From an uncultured Acidobacteriota bacterium (lineage in GTDB: Bacteria > Acidobacteriota > Blastocatellia > Pyrinomonadales > Pyrinomonadaceae), in contig CAWKHZ010000009.1 of the NCBI GenBank assembly GCA_963849585.1, positions 96,771 to 160,770 on the forward strand: a stretch of 64,000 bases of DNA. The letters run 5' to 3'. A model generated the notes under the pieces. It was not told the DNA's origin. It worked only from the letters and a program-made list of their open reading frames with translations, and did no database searches. The number at the start of each line of letters is the position of its first letter. Position 1 is the first letter of the stretch. Positions 19,574-28,024 of this stretch are shown here, one piece after another. The translations under genes were made by a program, and so were the position numbers.

Positions 19574-20647
19574 GCCATGAAGTTCATCGAGAAGTTTTTT
19601 AGAAGCGGACTCGCTATAGACCTGGGTACTGTCAACACCCTCATCTATCATCCGAGTCGAGGCCTACTCGTCAATCAGCCATCTGTGGTAGCAATCGATC
19701 GCTACGACGGCGAGGTGGTTTCAGTGGGCCATAAGGCGGCACGACTCCTGGGCCGTGAGCCGCGCGGGATCGAGGTCCATCGACCAATCCGCTGCGGCAC
19801 GATCTTCAATTTCGAAGTCACGCAGAAGATGCTTCGCTCGTTCGTAGGGAGCGTCACCGAGGGTTATCGACGCAGCCATTACGTCGTGGGGATTCCTGGT
19901 TCGGCAACTGCTGTCGAGCAGCGTTCGGTGCGTGATGCAGCTCGCGATGCCGGCGGCAGTCGCATTGACCTTGTCGACGAGGGATTGGCTGCCGGACTTG
20001 GCGCCGGTCTTTCGTTGGACGACGAACGCGCGCATCTGGTGGTTGATATCGGTGGCGGCACGACGAATATCGCGATTATCGCGTCAGGCGGAGTTGTTTC
20101 GTCCGTGAGTTTAACGGCTGCGGGAAACGCGATGGACGAAAGCATTCGCGACTACGTTCGTTCAAATTATTGCTTACAAATCGGCGAGTACACTGCGGAA
20201 GCGCTCAAGAAAGAACTCGGCGCGTTGAGCAACGACGAGATTCGCGACGATCAACAAAAAGTGCAGATCGTCGGCAAGCAATTGAGCGACGGTTCGGCCT
20301 GCGCCGTTGACATAACTGCCGACGAAGTACGAGAAGCGTTGGAGCCGGTGCTTGCTGAGATCGTGGCGGGAATCAGGAGAGTGCTGGAAGATGCACAACC
20401 GGAAGCCGTTGCTGACATCTTCTACTCCGGCTTGATTCTCACTGGTGGCGGATCGTTGTTAAAGGGAATCAGGGAGCGACTGCAAAGCGAATTGAAACTG
20501 CGTGTGACAATGACTGATGATCCGATCACAACGGTGGTGATGGGCGCCGGTCTGTTGTTGACCGAACCCGATCACCTGTATCGCTGTGCGATTCGTCAGA
20601 ACCTTCCTGTCTGGCAGGAGGCGGAAGAGCTTGTTGTTAGCTGGTAA
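19574..20647 (+). CDS. MreB/Mbl-family actin-like ATPase (no mreC/mreD nearby)
   Basis: ORF 19556..20647. ATG 19574 is preceded by GGAGGAGGAG. Motifs GLAIDLGTVNTLIY (phosphate 1), RPIRCGTIFNFEVTQKML, VVDIGGGTTNIAI (phosphate 2), LTGGGSLLKGI. Confidence 0.75.
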   Translation, partial: AMKFIEKFFRSGLAIDLGTVNTLIYHPSRGLLVNQPSVVAIDRYDGEVVSVGHKAARLLGREPRGIEVHRPIRCGTIFNFEVTQKMLRSFVGSVTEGYRRSHYVVGIPGSATAVEQRSVRDAARDAGGSRIDLVDEGLAAGLGAGLSLDDERAHLVVDIGGGTTNIAIIASGGVVSSVSLTAAGNAMDESIRDYVRSNYCLQIGEYTAEALKKELGALSNDEIRDDQQKVQIVGKQLSDGSACAVDITADEVREALEPVLAEIVAGIRRVLEDAQPEAVADIFYSGLILTGGGSLLKGIRERLQSELKLRVTMTDDPITTVVMGAGLLLTEPDHLYRCAIRQNLPVWQEAEELVVSW

Positions 20648-20656
20648 TTCGGCGGC

Positions 20657-20779
20657 TCAACAATTCACGTAGCCGAGTAACCAGAATACGAGAATGAAAA
20701 TCAGGATGGTGGAGATACATCCGCCGCCAAACTTCCACGCCGCGGCGCCTGCAAGTATTCCTCTAAGTGGTCCTTCCAT
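20657..20779 (-). CDS. small hydrophobic protein (40 aa)
   Basis: Reverse strand GGAGGG-N6-ATG, then MEGPLRGILAGAAAWKFGGGCISTILIFILVFWLLGYVNC and a stop. Below the ORF-track size cut-off. One TM helix. Confidence 0.45.
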   Translation of the reverse strand: MEGPLRGILAGAAAWKFGGGCISTILIFILVFWLLGYVNC

Positions 20780-20859
20780 GTAAAACCCTCCGTTGCTCGA
20801 TATCAGAACAGCAAAACTCGTTCACGATTGGTTTCGGCAATATGAGTGCCAATCCGTGT

Positions 20860-21867
20860 TCATCCGCGTTTGAGAAACCGAAGCAGCGCGCGTTCGGCTT
20901 TGTGCAAGCCATAGCCGCGATAGGAAATGAGGCTTTCCAGACTGCTCGAACAGTGATTGATCATTTGTCCCTTTTCGTACGAAAGAATGATCTCGGGACA
21001 GACGTACGAACTGCGACATACGGCCGGTGTGTTGCCGAGTACTTCCGCGGTCTCCTTGATTGCGGCGACGATCTTCTTTTTCACGGCAGTAGCACTTGCC
21101 GGCGTCTCCTGTCCGTTACGCGCTAGCGCACACGCACAAACCAACGTTCCGGCCCACGTGCGAAAGTCCTTCGCACTGAAACTCTCGCCCATCACTTCCT
21201 TGATGTAATCGTTAATGTGCTGGCGCGTCACCGCCACCGGCTGACCGTTTCCATTCTCAAACTTGAAGACATTGAAACCCGGAAGCTTCAAGGTCGCGCG
21301 AATCACTCGCGCCACTTGCCGATCGCGCAGTTGTCGTTGTTGCCGCACTCCCGACTTGCCGGGAAAGTCAAACTCAATGAGATCGCCTTTTACCGTCACA
21401 TGTTTACGACGCAAAGTCGCGATGCCGTAACTGCCGTGCTCACTCGCGTAGACCTCACTGCCAGGTCGCATGTAGCAGGTCGAGAGAACCCGCAGCACAG
21501 CCGCGAGCACTCGTTCACGCCCGAGACCCGGTTGCCGCAAGTGACGTCTGATCGTGGCCCGCATCTTCGGCAGGGCCAAAGCAAACTTCGTTATGCGCTT
21601 GAACTTTCGTAGGTCTTGAACACGTGTATGATCTTCGTGATACAGGTACTGCCAACGCCCGGCCGCATCGCGACCAACTGCCTGCACTCTTCCTTTCGCG
21701 GCCGGGTTGATCGCCACATCGACCCAGGCTGGCGGGATTTTTAGTCTCTCGATTCTTTCGAAGTCTGCTTTCTTGAGACGGCCGTTCTGCGATTCGTAAC
21801 GGAAGCCGCGCTTCGGGCTACCGAGTCGTCGTATGCCGATATTTTGCAAACGTTCGAGTTTTGTCAT
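20860..21867 (-). CDS. DNA topoisomerase IB (poxvirus-like bacterial type)
   Basis: 335 aa. N-terminal GFRY…IPPAW pattern and C-terminal active-site tyrosine context CRSSYVCPEI (compare S-Y-I-H-P in bacterial TopIB). The size fits the bacterial TopIB family. Confidence 0.8.
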   Translation of the reverse strand: MTKLERLQNIGIRRLGSPKRGFRYESQNGRLKKADFERIERLKIPPAWVDVAINPAAKGRVQAVGRDAAGRWQYLYHEDHTRVQDLRKFKRITKFALALPKMRATIRRHLRQPGLGRERVLAAVLRVLSTCYMRPGSEVYASEHGSYGIATLRRKHVTVKGDLIEFDFPGKSGVRQQRQLRDRQVARVIRATLKLPGFNVFKFENGNGQPVAVTRQHINDYIKEVMGESFSAKDFRTWAGTLVCACALARNGQETPASATAVKKKIVAAIKETAEVLGNTPAVCRSSYVCPEIILSYEKGQMINHCSSSLESLISYRGYGLHKAERALLRFLKRG

Positions 21868-21960
21868 GTGAATGGTCGAGTTTCTTAATCCCGGAACGAG
21901 ATTTGTTTATGCATTGGGTTGTGTGTGGATTTTGGTCAGTAAGGAACAGTCGGGAAGATT

Positions 21961-22164
21961 ATGTTGAGTAATAGAAATAACCGGTTGGACAAGGCGCGAT
22001 TTAATCGCAACGTCGTTTGCTCGTGGTGCGGCGCAATCATCAGGTCGAACGCCGAGGAAAACGAAGAGCAGATGTGTTTGATTTGTCATGCGCGAATGCT
22101 CAACGACTATTTTCAAAAGATAAAAAGAGTGAGCGACGAGAGGCGCGCCCCCCGCCGCTTCTAA
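21961..22164 (+). CDS. possible small zinc-ribbon protein
   Basis: 67 aa with two CxxC pairs (CSWC…CLIC). Weak RBS. The overlapping antisense ORF 21907..22188 looks non-protein-like. Confidence 0.35.
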   Translation: MLSNRNNRLDKARFNRNVVCSWCGAIIRSNAEENEEQMCLICHARMLNDYFQKIKRVSDERRAPRRF

Positions 22165-22184
22165 CCAATTCCAACGAGTTTTCC

Positions 22185-22376
22185 TCATTCCGTGTCGCCA
22201 CGATCACCTTGTCCTGGCGGCACTTTCGTCTTCGCATGTTGTTTGGTGTCGTTTGCGATCGAGCGACCGACGTCGACGACTTTCTCGAATTCGCCCTTCT
22301 CGTCGCGTCTCACAAAACGTTTGTCATTGCCGGTATCAATTAGTTCACGATGGCTCTTTGTCGCCTTTTTAGGCAT
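22185..22376 (-). CDS. small hydrophilic Lys/Glu/Asp-rich protein (63 aa), stress-protein-like
   Basis: Strong RBS GGAGGA 8 nt upstream of the ATG on the reverse strand. Charged, low-hydrophobicity sequence MPKKATKSHRELIDTGNDKRF…. Confidence 0.55.
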   Translation of the reverse strand: MPKKATKSHRELIDTGNDKRFVRRDEKGEFEKVVDVGRSIANDTKQHAKTKVPPGQGDRGDTE

Positions 22377-22781
22377 TGTCGTATTCCTCCTAAAGTGTAG
22401 GTTTCCTATACAGCGAACTGCCTCGGGTTGTTTAGTTCCGAAGCATATGCACCGCTGTATCCAACACGCTTGTACTTAAGCGCAAGCGTGATGCCACCGC
22501 TAATTGCTAGTGAGAATTGCCTTTGCTCTGTGTCGGACCGATGGCCCAATCGTTGTGGGACGCAATTTGCTCAATCGTGTCAAGGAGGAGTCGAATAATG
22601 CAAGATACAGAAACGCAGAGCTGAAACACAGAAGAGATAAGACAAAGTCTCGAAGAAGGAAGGCGGCGGGAAGAAAAGGCAGCGGTCGCGGCAAGGAACG
22701 TAGGTGTCGCGAAAGGGAAAGAAGGTAGAAGTAAACCGATTCAGGAGCAATAATGGCGGAATTAGGAAACTTAAACAGCCG

Positions 22782-23633
22782 ATGTCTCCGATGCCGCCGC
22801 AACATCAGCCCAAGCCGGGCGTTGAAGCGGAGCTCGAGCCGCGGCCGAACTATCTTGCGCCACACTACAAAGGCGCGGAAAAACTAAAAGAGAAAGTCGC
22901 ACTAATCACTGGTGGCGATTCCGGTATCGGACGCGCGGTCGCGGTGTTGTTCGCACGCGAGGGCGCTGACGTCGCGTTCACGTATCTCAAAGAAGAGAAG
23001 CGTGACGCGGATGAGACAAAGCGCGCCGTTGAAGCCGAAGGACAGCGCGCGATCGCAGTTGAAGCTGATTTAACCGATCCAAAAGTTTGTAAGAAAGTCG
23101 TCGAACAAACGGTTGAAGAGTTGGGCAAGCTGGACATTCTCGTCAACAACGCCGCCTTCCAACAGCATCAGGAAGGTCTCGAAGACGTTTCCGAAGAGCA
23201 GTGGGACCACACGTTCAAGACAAATATCTACGCCTACTTCTACATGGCGAAAGCAGCATTGCCGCACCTGCGTGAAGGCAGTGCGATCGTCAACACCGGA
23301 TCGATCACCGGTCTTGAAGGCAGCAAGGAACTACTCGATTACTCCGCAACCAAAGGGGCGATAAACGCATTTACGAAATCGTTGGCCCAGAACCTGGTCG
23401 AGAAGGGCATTCGCGTGAACTGCGTTGCGCCTGGACCAGTCTGGACGCCGCTGAATCCTTCGGACAAAGACGCTGAAGACGTCGCGAAGTTTGGCGCCGA
23501 CACGCCGATGAAGCGTCCGGCGCAGCCCGAAGAGATTGCGCCTGCGTTTGTTTATTTCGCGTCGGAGATCGACTCGAGTTATGTGACCGGAGAAGTTTTG
23601 ACTTTGCTCGGCGGTGAAACGACTGCTGCGTAA
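22782..23633 (+). CDS. SDR-family oxidoreductase (YdaD/YhxC general-stress-like)
   Basis: ORF 22704..23633. Start placed at ATG 22782 (MSPMPPQHQPKPGVE), as homologues begin just before PPQHQ. Motifs ALITGGDSGIGRA, NNAA, YSATKGA. Confidence 0.9.
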   Translation: MSPMPPQHQPKPGVEAELEPRPNYLAPHYKGAEKLKEKVALITGGDSGIGRAVAVLFAREGADVAFTYLKEEKRDADETKRAVEAEGQRAIAVEADLTDPKVCKKVVEQTVEELGKLDILVNNAAFQQHQEGLEDVSEEQWDHTFKTNIYAYFYMAKAALPHLREGSAIVNTGSITGLEGSKELLDYSATKGAINAFTKSLAQNLVEKGIRVNCVAPGPVWTPLNPSDKDAEDVAKFGADTPMKRPAQPEEIAPAFVYFASEIDSSYVTGEVLTLLGGETTAA

Positions 23634-23675
23634 CGTTTTTTTGAATTCTTTATTTAATCAAAGTGGAGGAAAAAC

Positions 23676-23834
23676 ATGGCAGACAATGGTAGTGGAAGCA
23701 CTGGAGTGGTGGCAGTACTTGTGATTTTCGTAATCATCGTCGTCGCTGCGTTGTTCGTGTTCGGCGGCCGGTGGTTTGGCGGTAAGAAGGAAATAGACGT
23801 CAATATTCAAGCTCCTGCGGCCCCATCGAAGTAG
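23676..23834 (+). CDS. small single-TM protein (52 aa)
   Basis: GGAGGA 6-7 nt upstream, then [52 protein letters not shown]. Below the ORF-track cut-off. Confidence 0.5.
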   Translation: MADNGSGSTGVVAVLVIFVIIVVAALFVFGGRWFGGKKEIDVNIQAPAAPSK

Positions 23835-23841
23835 TCTTTAC

Positions 23842-25371
23842 ATGGTTCGCATGAAAGACGATTCGCAAGCAAATAACTCACTCTGGATGGCGACGGCAGA
23901 CACGCCGTCGCAGTCTCGACTACAGGAAAACATTCGCACTGACGTGTGCATCATCGGCGCCGGAATCGCTGGGCTGACGACTGCGTATTTGCTTGCGCAG
24001 GAAGGCCGATCGGTTGTGGTTCTCGATGATGGCCCGATCGGTGGCGGCATGACCGGTCGCACCACGGCGCATCTTACAAACGCGTTCGACGATCGCTTTT
24101 TCGAAATCGAGAAACTGCACGGCGAAGAAGGCGCACGGCTAACAGCCCAGAGTCACACTGCGGCGATCGACAAAGTCGAGGAGATTGTTCGCAAAGAGCA
24201 GATCGACTGCGATTTCGCGCGCGTTGACGGCTTTCTGTTTGCGCCGCCACCCGACGATGAGGGACTGCTTGACAAAGAGTTGAAGGCAACGCATCGAGCG
24301 GGATTGGTGGACGTTGAAAAAGTCGCGCGAGCTCCGATTGAGTCGTTCGATACTGGCGCGGCGCTTCGATTTCCGCGCCAGGCTCAGTTTCATCCGCTTA
24401 CGTATCTGAGCGGACTCACGCGCGCGATCCGCCGCGACGGTGGCCGTTTGTTCAATCAAACACACGCCACGACAATCGAAGGTGGCGAGAACGCGTACGT
24501 CGAAAGTAGCCATGGTCCGGTCGTTACTTGCGACGTGATCGTCGTCGCAACGAATACGCCCGTTAACGATCGCGTCGCGATTCACACCAAGCAGGCGCCG
24601 TACGTTACTTATGTAATCGGCGCCGCCGTCGCCAAAGGATCGATCACGCAAGCGTTGTACTGGGACACAATCGTTCCGTATCACTACCTGCGGCTTCAGA
24701 GCCTTAAGGACCACGACGTGCTGATCGTCGGTGGTGAGGACCACAAGACGGGCCAGGCCGACGACTGCGCCGATCGTTATGCGCGCCTCGAGCAATGGAC
24801 ACGCGAACGTTTTCCGCAGGCGGGCGCGATTGAGTTTCGCTGGTCCGGTCAGGTGATGGAGCCGGCCGACTATCTCGCCTTCATCGGTCGCAATCCGCTC
24901 GATTCTGATAACGTCTTCATTGCCACTGGTGATTCCGGCCAGGGCATAACGCATGGGACCATCGCCGGTATTCTGCTTACGGATCTGATCCAGGGACGTA
25001 AGAACGCCTGGGAAGAGATTTACAATCCATCACGCGTCACACTACGCGCTGCGAAAGAGTACGCCGGCGAGAACATCAACGTTGCCGGGCAGTTTGCGGA
25101 CTACGTCACTGCCGGCGATATAAAATCAGTCGATGAGTTGAAGCCGGGGCAGGGCGCCATCATGCGCGAAGGTCTCTCGAAGATCGCGGTGTATTGCGAT
25201 GATCGCGGATCAATTCACAGACGATCAGCCGTCTGCCCGCATCTTGGCTGCGTTGTTTCGTGGAACGCATGTGAACGGACGTGGGATTGTCCGTGTCACG
25301 GTTCGAAGTTTACGGCTGAGGGCCGGGTCTATAACGGCCCGGCCAACTCAGATCTTGCCGAAGTAGATTGA
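23842..25371 (+). CDS. FAD-dependent oxidoreductase fused to a C-terminal Rieske [2Fe-2S] domain (YhfW-like)
   Basis: 509 aa. Dinucleotide fold DVCIIGAGIAGLTTAYLLAQEG and Rieske ligands CPHLGC…CPCHGS at the C-terminus. Confidence 0.9.
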   Translation: MVRMKDDSQANNSLWMATADTPSQSRLQENIRTDVCIIGAGIAGLTTAYLLAQEGRSVVVLDDGPIGGGMTGRTTAHLTNAFDDRFFEIEKLHGEEGARLTAQSHTAAIDKVEEIVRKEQIDCDFARVDGFLFAPPPDDEGLLDKELKATHRAGLVDVEKVARAPIESFDTGAALRFPRQAQFHPLTYLSGLTRAIRRDGGRLFNQTHATTIEGGENAYVESSHGPVVTCDVIVVATNTPVNDRVAIHTKQAPYVTYVIGAAVAKGSITQALYWDTIVPYHYLRLQSLKDHDVLIVGGEDHKTGQADDCADRYARLEQWTRERFPQAGAIEFRWSGQVMEPADYLAFIGRNPLDSDNVFIATGDSGQGITHGTIAGILLTDLIQGRKNAWEEIYNPSRVTLRAAKEYAGENINVAGQFADYVTAGDIKSVDELKPGQGAIMREGLSKIAVYCDDRGSIHRRSAVCPHLGCVVSWNACERTWDCPCHGSKFTAEGRVYNGPANSDLAEVD

Positions 25372-25379
25372 TCGTTGGA

Positions 25380-25526
25380 CTAAACTGCTCTGCGGCCGGT
25401 AACCAGGTTAATAATCAGCACCACCACCGCAACAACTAAAAGCAGGTGAATCAGGCTTCCGCCGACATTCGAGAGCAAGCCGATAAGCCACAAGACCAAA
25501 AGGATTACCAAAATTGTCCACAGCAT
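25380..25526 (-). CDS. lmo0937-like small membrane protein (48 aa)
   Basis: Reverse strand GGAGA-N7-ATG, then MLWTILVILLVLWLIGLLSNVGGSLIHLLLVVAVVVLIINLVTGRRAV. Two TM helices. Below the ORF-track cut-off. Confidence 0.6.
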   Translation of the reverse strand: MLWTILVILLVLWLIGLLSNVGGSLIHLLLVVAVVVLIINLVTGRRAV

Positions 25527-25776
25527 GGTCGGAATCTCCTTCTTTGTTTTCTCTTATACAGCGGAGCAACGTTCATGCCAGCACACAAAACGGCAAAATG
25601 GCCGCCGCGGGTGCATCACAACAATCCGATTTTAGGAGTCGGCCCTAAGGACTGTTTGAATTCAAGGCACAGACGAACGAATGCCCTCGAAAGCTTGTCC
25701 AGATTGCGCCAACTGATTATCATCTTTGGGCGAGTATTCGATCCAGTCTTTCCGGTAACCCACGCAGGCAAAACAT

Positions 25777-26595
25777 ATGAGTCGTGAAGTCGAACAACCC
25801 TCTCTCGAGCCGGTGCCCGAGGGCAAGTATGTCTACTGCATCATCGAAACCGATGAACCGCGTTCATTCGGCCCGATGGGTATTGGTGGGCGCGGCGATG
25901 ATATTTACACGGTGCGTCACAAGGGCCTTGCCGCCGTCGTCTCAAACACGCCCCTCGTGGTTTACGACCCCACTCGTGAGAACGTCTTCGCGCACGAGCA
26001 GGTAAACGAGACGGTCATGCGCGAGTTCACCGTGTTGCCGATGGCGTTCGGCGCATTGTTCAAGACGGAAGACGACATCGTCGAGCTGATTCGTGGAACT
26101 TACGACGCGCTCCGCGATGTGCTGGCCAAGATGGAAGGCAAGGTTGAGTTCGGACTGAAGGTGAACTGGGATCGCGACAAAGTTACAGCGGAGCTGGAAG
26201 AGAAAGACGACGAGATCCGTCACCTCAAGGAACAGATCACCACGCGCACGACAGGTTCGACCTATTTCGCACGTATGCAACTGGGTCGCTTGATCGAAAC
26301 GGCGTTGACGGACCAGGCAGATTCGTACATTCGCGAGATCTATTCGCACCTGCGCGACGTGGCCGTCGCCTCCCGCGCCAATAAACCGATTGGCGATCGC
26401 ATGATCATGAACGCGGCGTTTCTGATCGAGCGCGATCGTGAAACTGAGTTCGACCAGAGGGTGAAAGAGATCGCCTCGAAATACGAAGGCAAGCTCTCGT
26501 TCAAGTACAGCGGTCCGTGGCCGCCCTACAACTTCGTCCACATTCGTTTGAAACTGGAGCGCGGCGAAGGCACCACCGAAGCAGTAGCAAGCTAA
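25777..26595 (+). CDS. gvpF: gas vesicle protein, GvpL/GvpF family (paralogue 1)
   Basis: 272 aa. N-terminal KYVYCIIE…, AAVVS…, FTVLPMAFGALF, and C-terminal SGPWPPYNFV, characteristic of GvpF/L. Confidence 0.9.
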   Translation: MSREVEQPSLEPVPEGKYVYCIIETDEPRSFGPMGIGGRGDDIYTVRHKGLAAVVSNTPLVVYDPTRENVFAHEQVNETVMREFTVLPMAFGALFKTEDDIVELIRGTYDALRDVLAKMEGKVEFGLKVNWDRDKVTAELEEKDDEIRHLKEQITTRTTGSTYFARMQLGRLIETALTDQADSYIREIYSHLRDVAVASRANKPIGDRMIMNAAFLIERDRETEFDQRVKEIASKYEGKLSFKYSGPWPPYNFVHIRLKLERGEGTTEAVAS

Positions 26596-26599
26596 GCAA

Positions 26600-26926
26600 A
26601 TGTTTCTGATTGACGATTTACTGCTCGCGCCGGTAAACGGGTTCAAGTTCATCCTGGGCCAGATTCAAAAGATGGCCGATCAGGAGTTGAACGACGACAC
26701 TGTGATCAAGGAGCAGTTGCTCGAGCTGCAAATGCGCAAAGAGCTCGACGAGATCTCCGACGAGGATTTTGCAGAGCAGGAGGCGGAACTGTTTGCTCGG
26801 CTGCGTGCGATCAAGATGCGACAGCTCGACCTGATGCACCAGGTGGTCCATACGAAAGACTCGTCGAGCCTGGTCATCGAAGTCGGTGGTGACTATCAAG
26901 GTGACGAACGGCACGAGCGAGGGTGA
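26600..26926 (+). CDS. gvpG: gas vesicle protein G
   Basis: 108 aa. MFLIDDLLLAPVNGFKFILGQI… followed by an acidic helical tail (ELDEISDEDFAEQEAELFARL), the typical GvpG pattern. Confidence 0.85.
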   Translation: MFLIDDLLLAPVNGFKFILGQIQKMADQELNDDTVIKEQLLELQMRKELDEISDEDFAEQEAELFARLRAIKMRQLDLMHQVVHTKDSSSLVIEVGGDYQGDERHERG

Positions 26927-26942
26927 ACGAGCCATGGGTCTT

Positions 26943-27052
26943 TCCCGCAAAGGCGCAACGACGCAAAGTAAAAATTCCGGGTTCGTTCTTGTAATGCGCT
27001 CTTGTGAGATAGCTCCAGGCCGACTCCTTCGCGTCTTTGCGCCTTTGCGGGA
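26943..27052. repeat. inverted-repeat module (TCCCGCAAAGGCGCAA… / …TTGCGCCTTTGCGGGA) upstream of the ATPase pair
   Basis: Left arm 26943-26968 and right arm 27027-27052 are reverse complements with a few mismatches, separated by a 58-nt loop. It lies between gvpG and the first ArsA-like gene. Confidence 0.85.
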
Positions 27053-27079
27053 GAAACTTCTTGAATCACGTGAGCGAGG

Positions 27080-28024
27080 GTGAAGGCACGTTACCTTTTC
27101 TTCGGCGGCAAAGGTGGGGTCGGTAAGACCACCGCCGCCTCAGCAACCGCACTCTTCCTCCTTCAAGACTCAAAACGAAGCGATTCCATCCTCCTCTTTT
27201 CAACCGATCCCGCACATTCGTTATCCGATAGTCTCGACGTGAAAGTCGGCAATCGTCTCGTTGAGGTGAAACAACTTCGCGGGCGGGGGAAGTTGTTTGC
27301 GTACGAGATGGACGCGAGTCTCGCGCTCGAGCGGTTTCGAACTGCGCATGGCGAAGTACTCGCTGAGATCGCGGAACGCGGAACACTGCTGGACGAAGAC
27401 GATATCAACCAGTTGCTGAATCTTTCGTTGCCGGGGTTGGACGAAGTTATGTCGCTATTTGAGTTGAGTGAAGTCGATCGCGCGGGGAAGTACACGCGCA
27501 TCGTCGTCGACACGGCGCCTTCCGGACATACGTCTCGGCTGTTGCGTTTGCCGGAGGTGTTTGAGCGTATTGTGCGGACGCTGGATTTGATGGGTGAGAA
27601 GCATCGTTACATGATCGAGCAGTTTGCACGGCGCCGGGCGCCACTCGATAAGGTTGAGTTGTTCCTGCGCGATTTGAACGAGAGGATTGCGTCCGTGCGC
27701 AAGTTACTCTACGACACTGATCAGACCAGTTTTTCCCTCGTCACAATTCCGGAGGCGATGAGTGTTCGCGAAACCGAGCGCTATCTCGAGTTGCTGAAAG
27801 AGCAGGGCGTGCCCGTGCGTGATCTGATCGTCAATCGTGTCGAGCAGGAACATGATGATTGTGAATACTGTCATGCGCGTGTTTTGGGTCAGAAGAAGTG
27901 GCTGAAGGAGATCTCGCGGGCGTTTCGCGGGTTGGATTTTCACTATATCCCCTTACAGGCGCAGGAAGTTCGAGGGTTCAAGGCGTTGAATAAGGTCGGG
28001 AAGGTTATATGGAATTCCCATTAA
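27080..28024 (+). CDS. ArsA/Get3(TRC40)-family P-loop ATPase 1
   Basis: 314 aa, GTG start. Deviant Walker A GGKGGVGKTT, STDPAHSLSDSL, switch II DTAPSGHTSRLLRLPE, and CEYCHARVLGQKKWL (CxxC…Q-K-K-W-L, Get3-like zinc motif region). Confidence 0.9.
   Translation: MKARYLFFGGKGGVGKTTAASATALFLLQDSKRSDSILLFSTDPAHSLSDSLDVKVGNRLVEVKQLRGRGKLFAYEMDASLALERFRTAHGEVLAEIAERGTLLDEDDINQLLNLSLPGLDEVMSLFELSEVDRAGKYTRIVVDTAPSGHTSRLLRLPEVFERIVRTLDLMGEKHRYMIEQFARRRAPLDKVELFLRDLNERIASVRKLLYDTDQTSFSLVTIPEAMSVRETERYLELLKEQGVPVRDLIVNRVEQEHDDCEYCHARVLGQKKWLKEISRAFRGLDFHYIPLQAQEVRGFKALNKVGKVIWNSH

Noticed and set aside
24139-24954. Long antisense or overlapping ORFs
   Set aside because: Examples are 24139..24954, 25942..26652, 39001..39894, 52670..53374, 55068..55730, 57354..58205 and 8126..8425. 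All lie opposite or out of frame to genes with clear family motifs. They are Arg/Ser/Ala-rich shadow ORFs typical of GC-rich DNA and show no recognisable motifs.
25446-25787. 113-aa ORF upstream of the first gvp gene
   Set aside because: It overlaps the lmo0937-like gene on the opposite strand and has non-protein-like composition. The region is more likely the gvp promoter/leader. A weak TTGTCC-N17-TATCAT match lies at 25695-25723, too weak to list as a feature.
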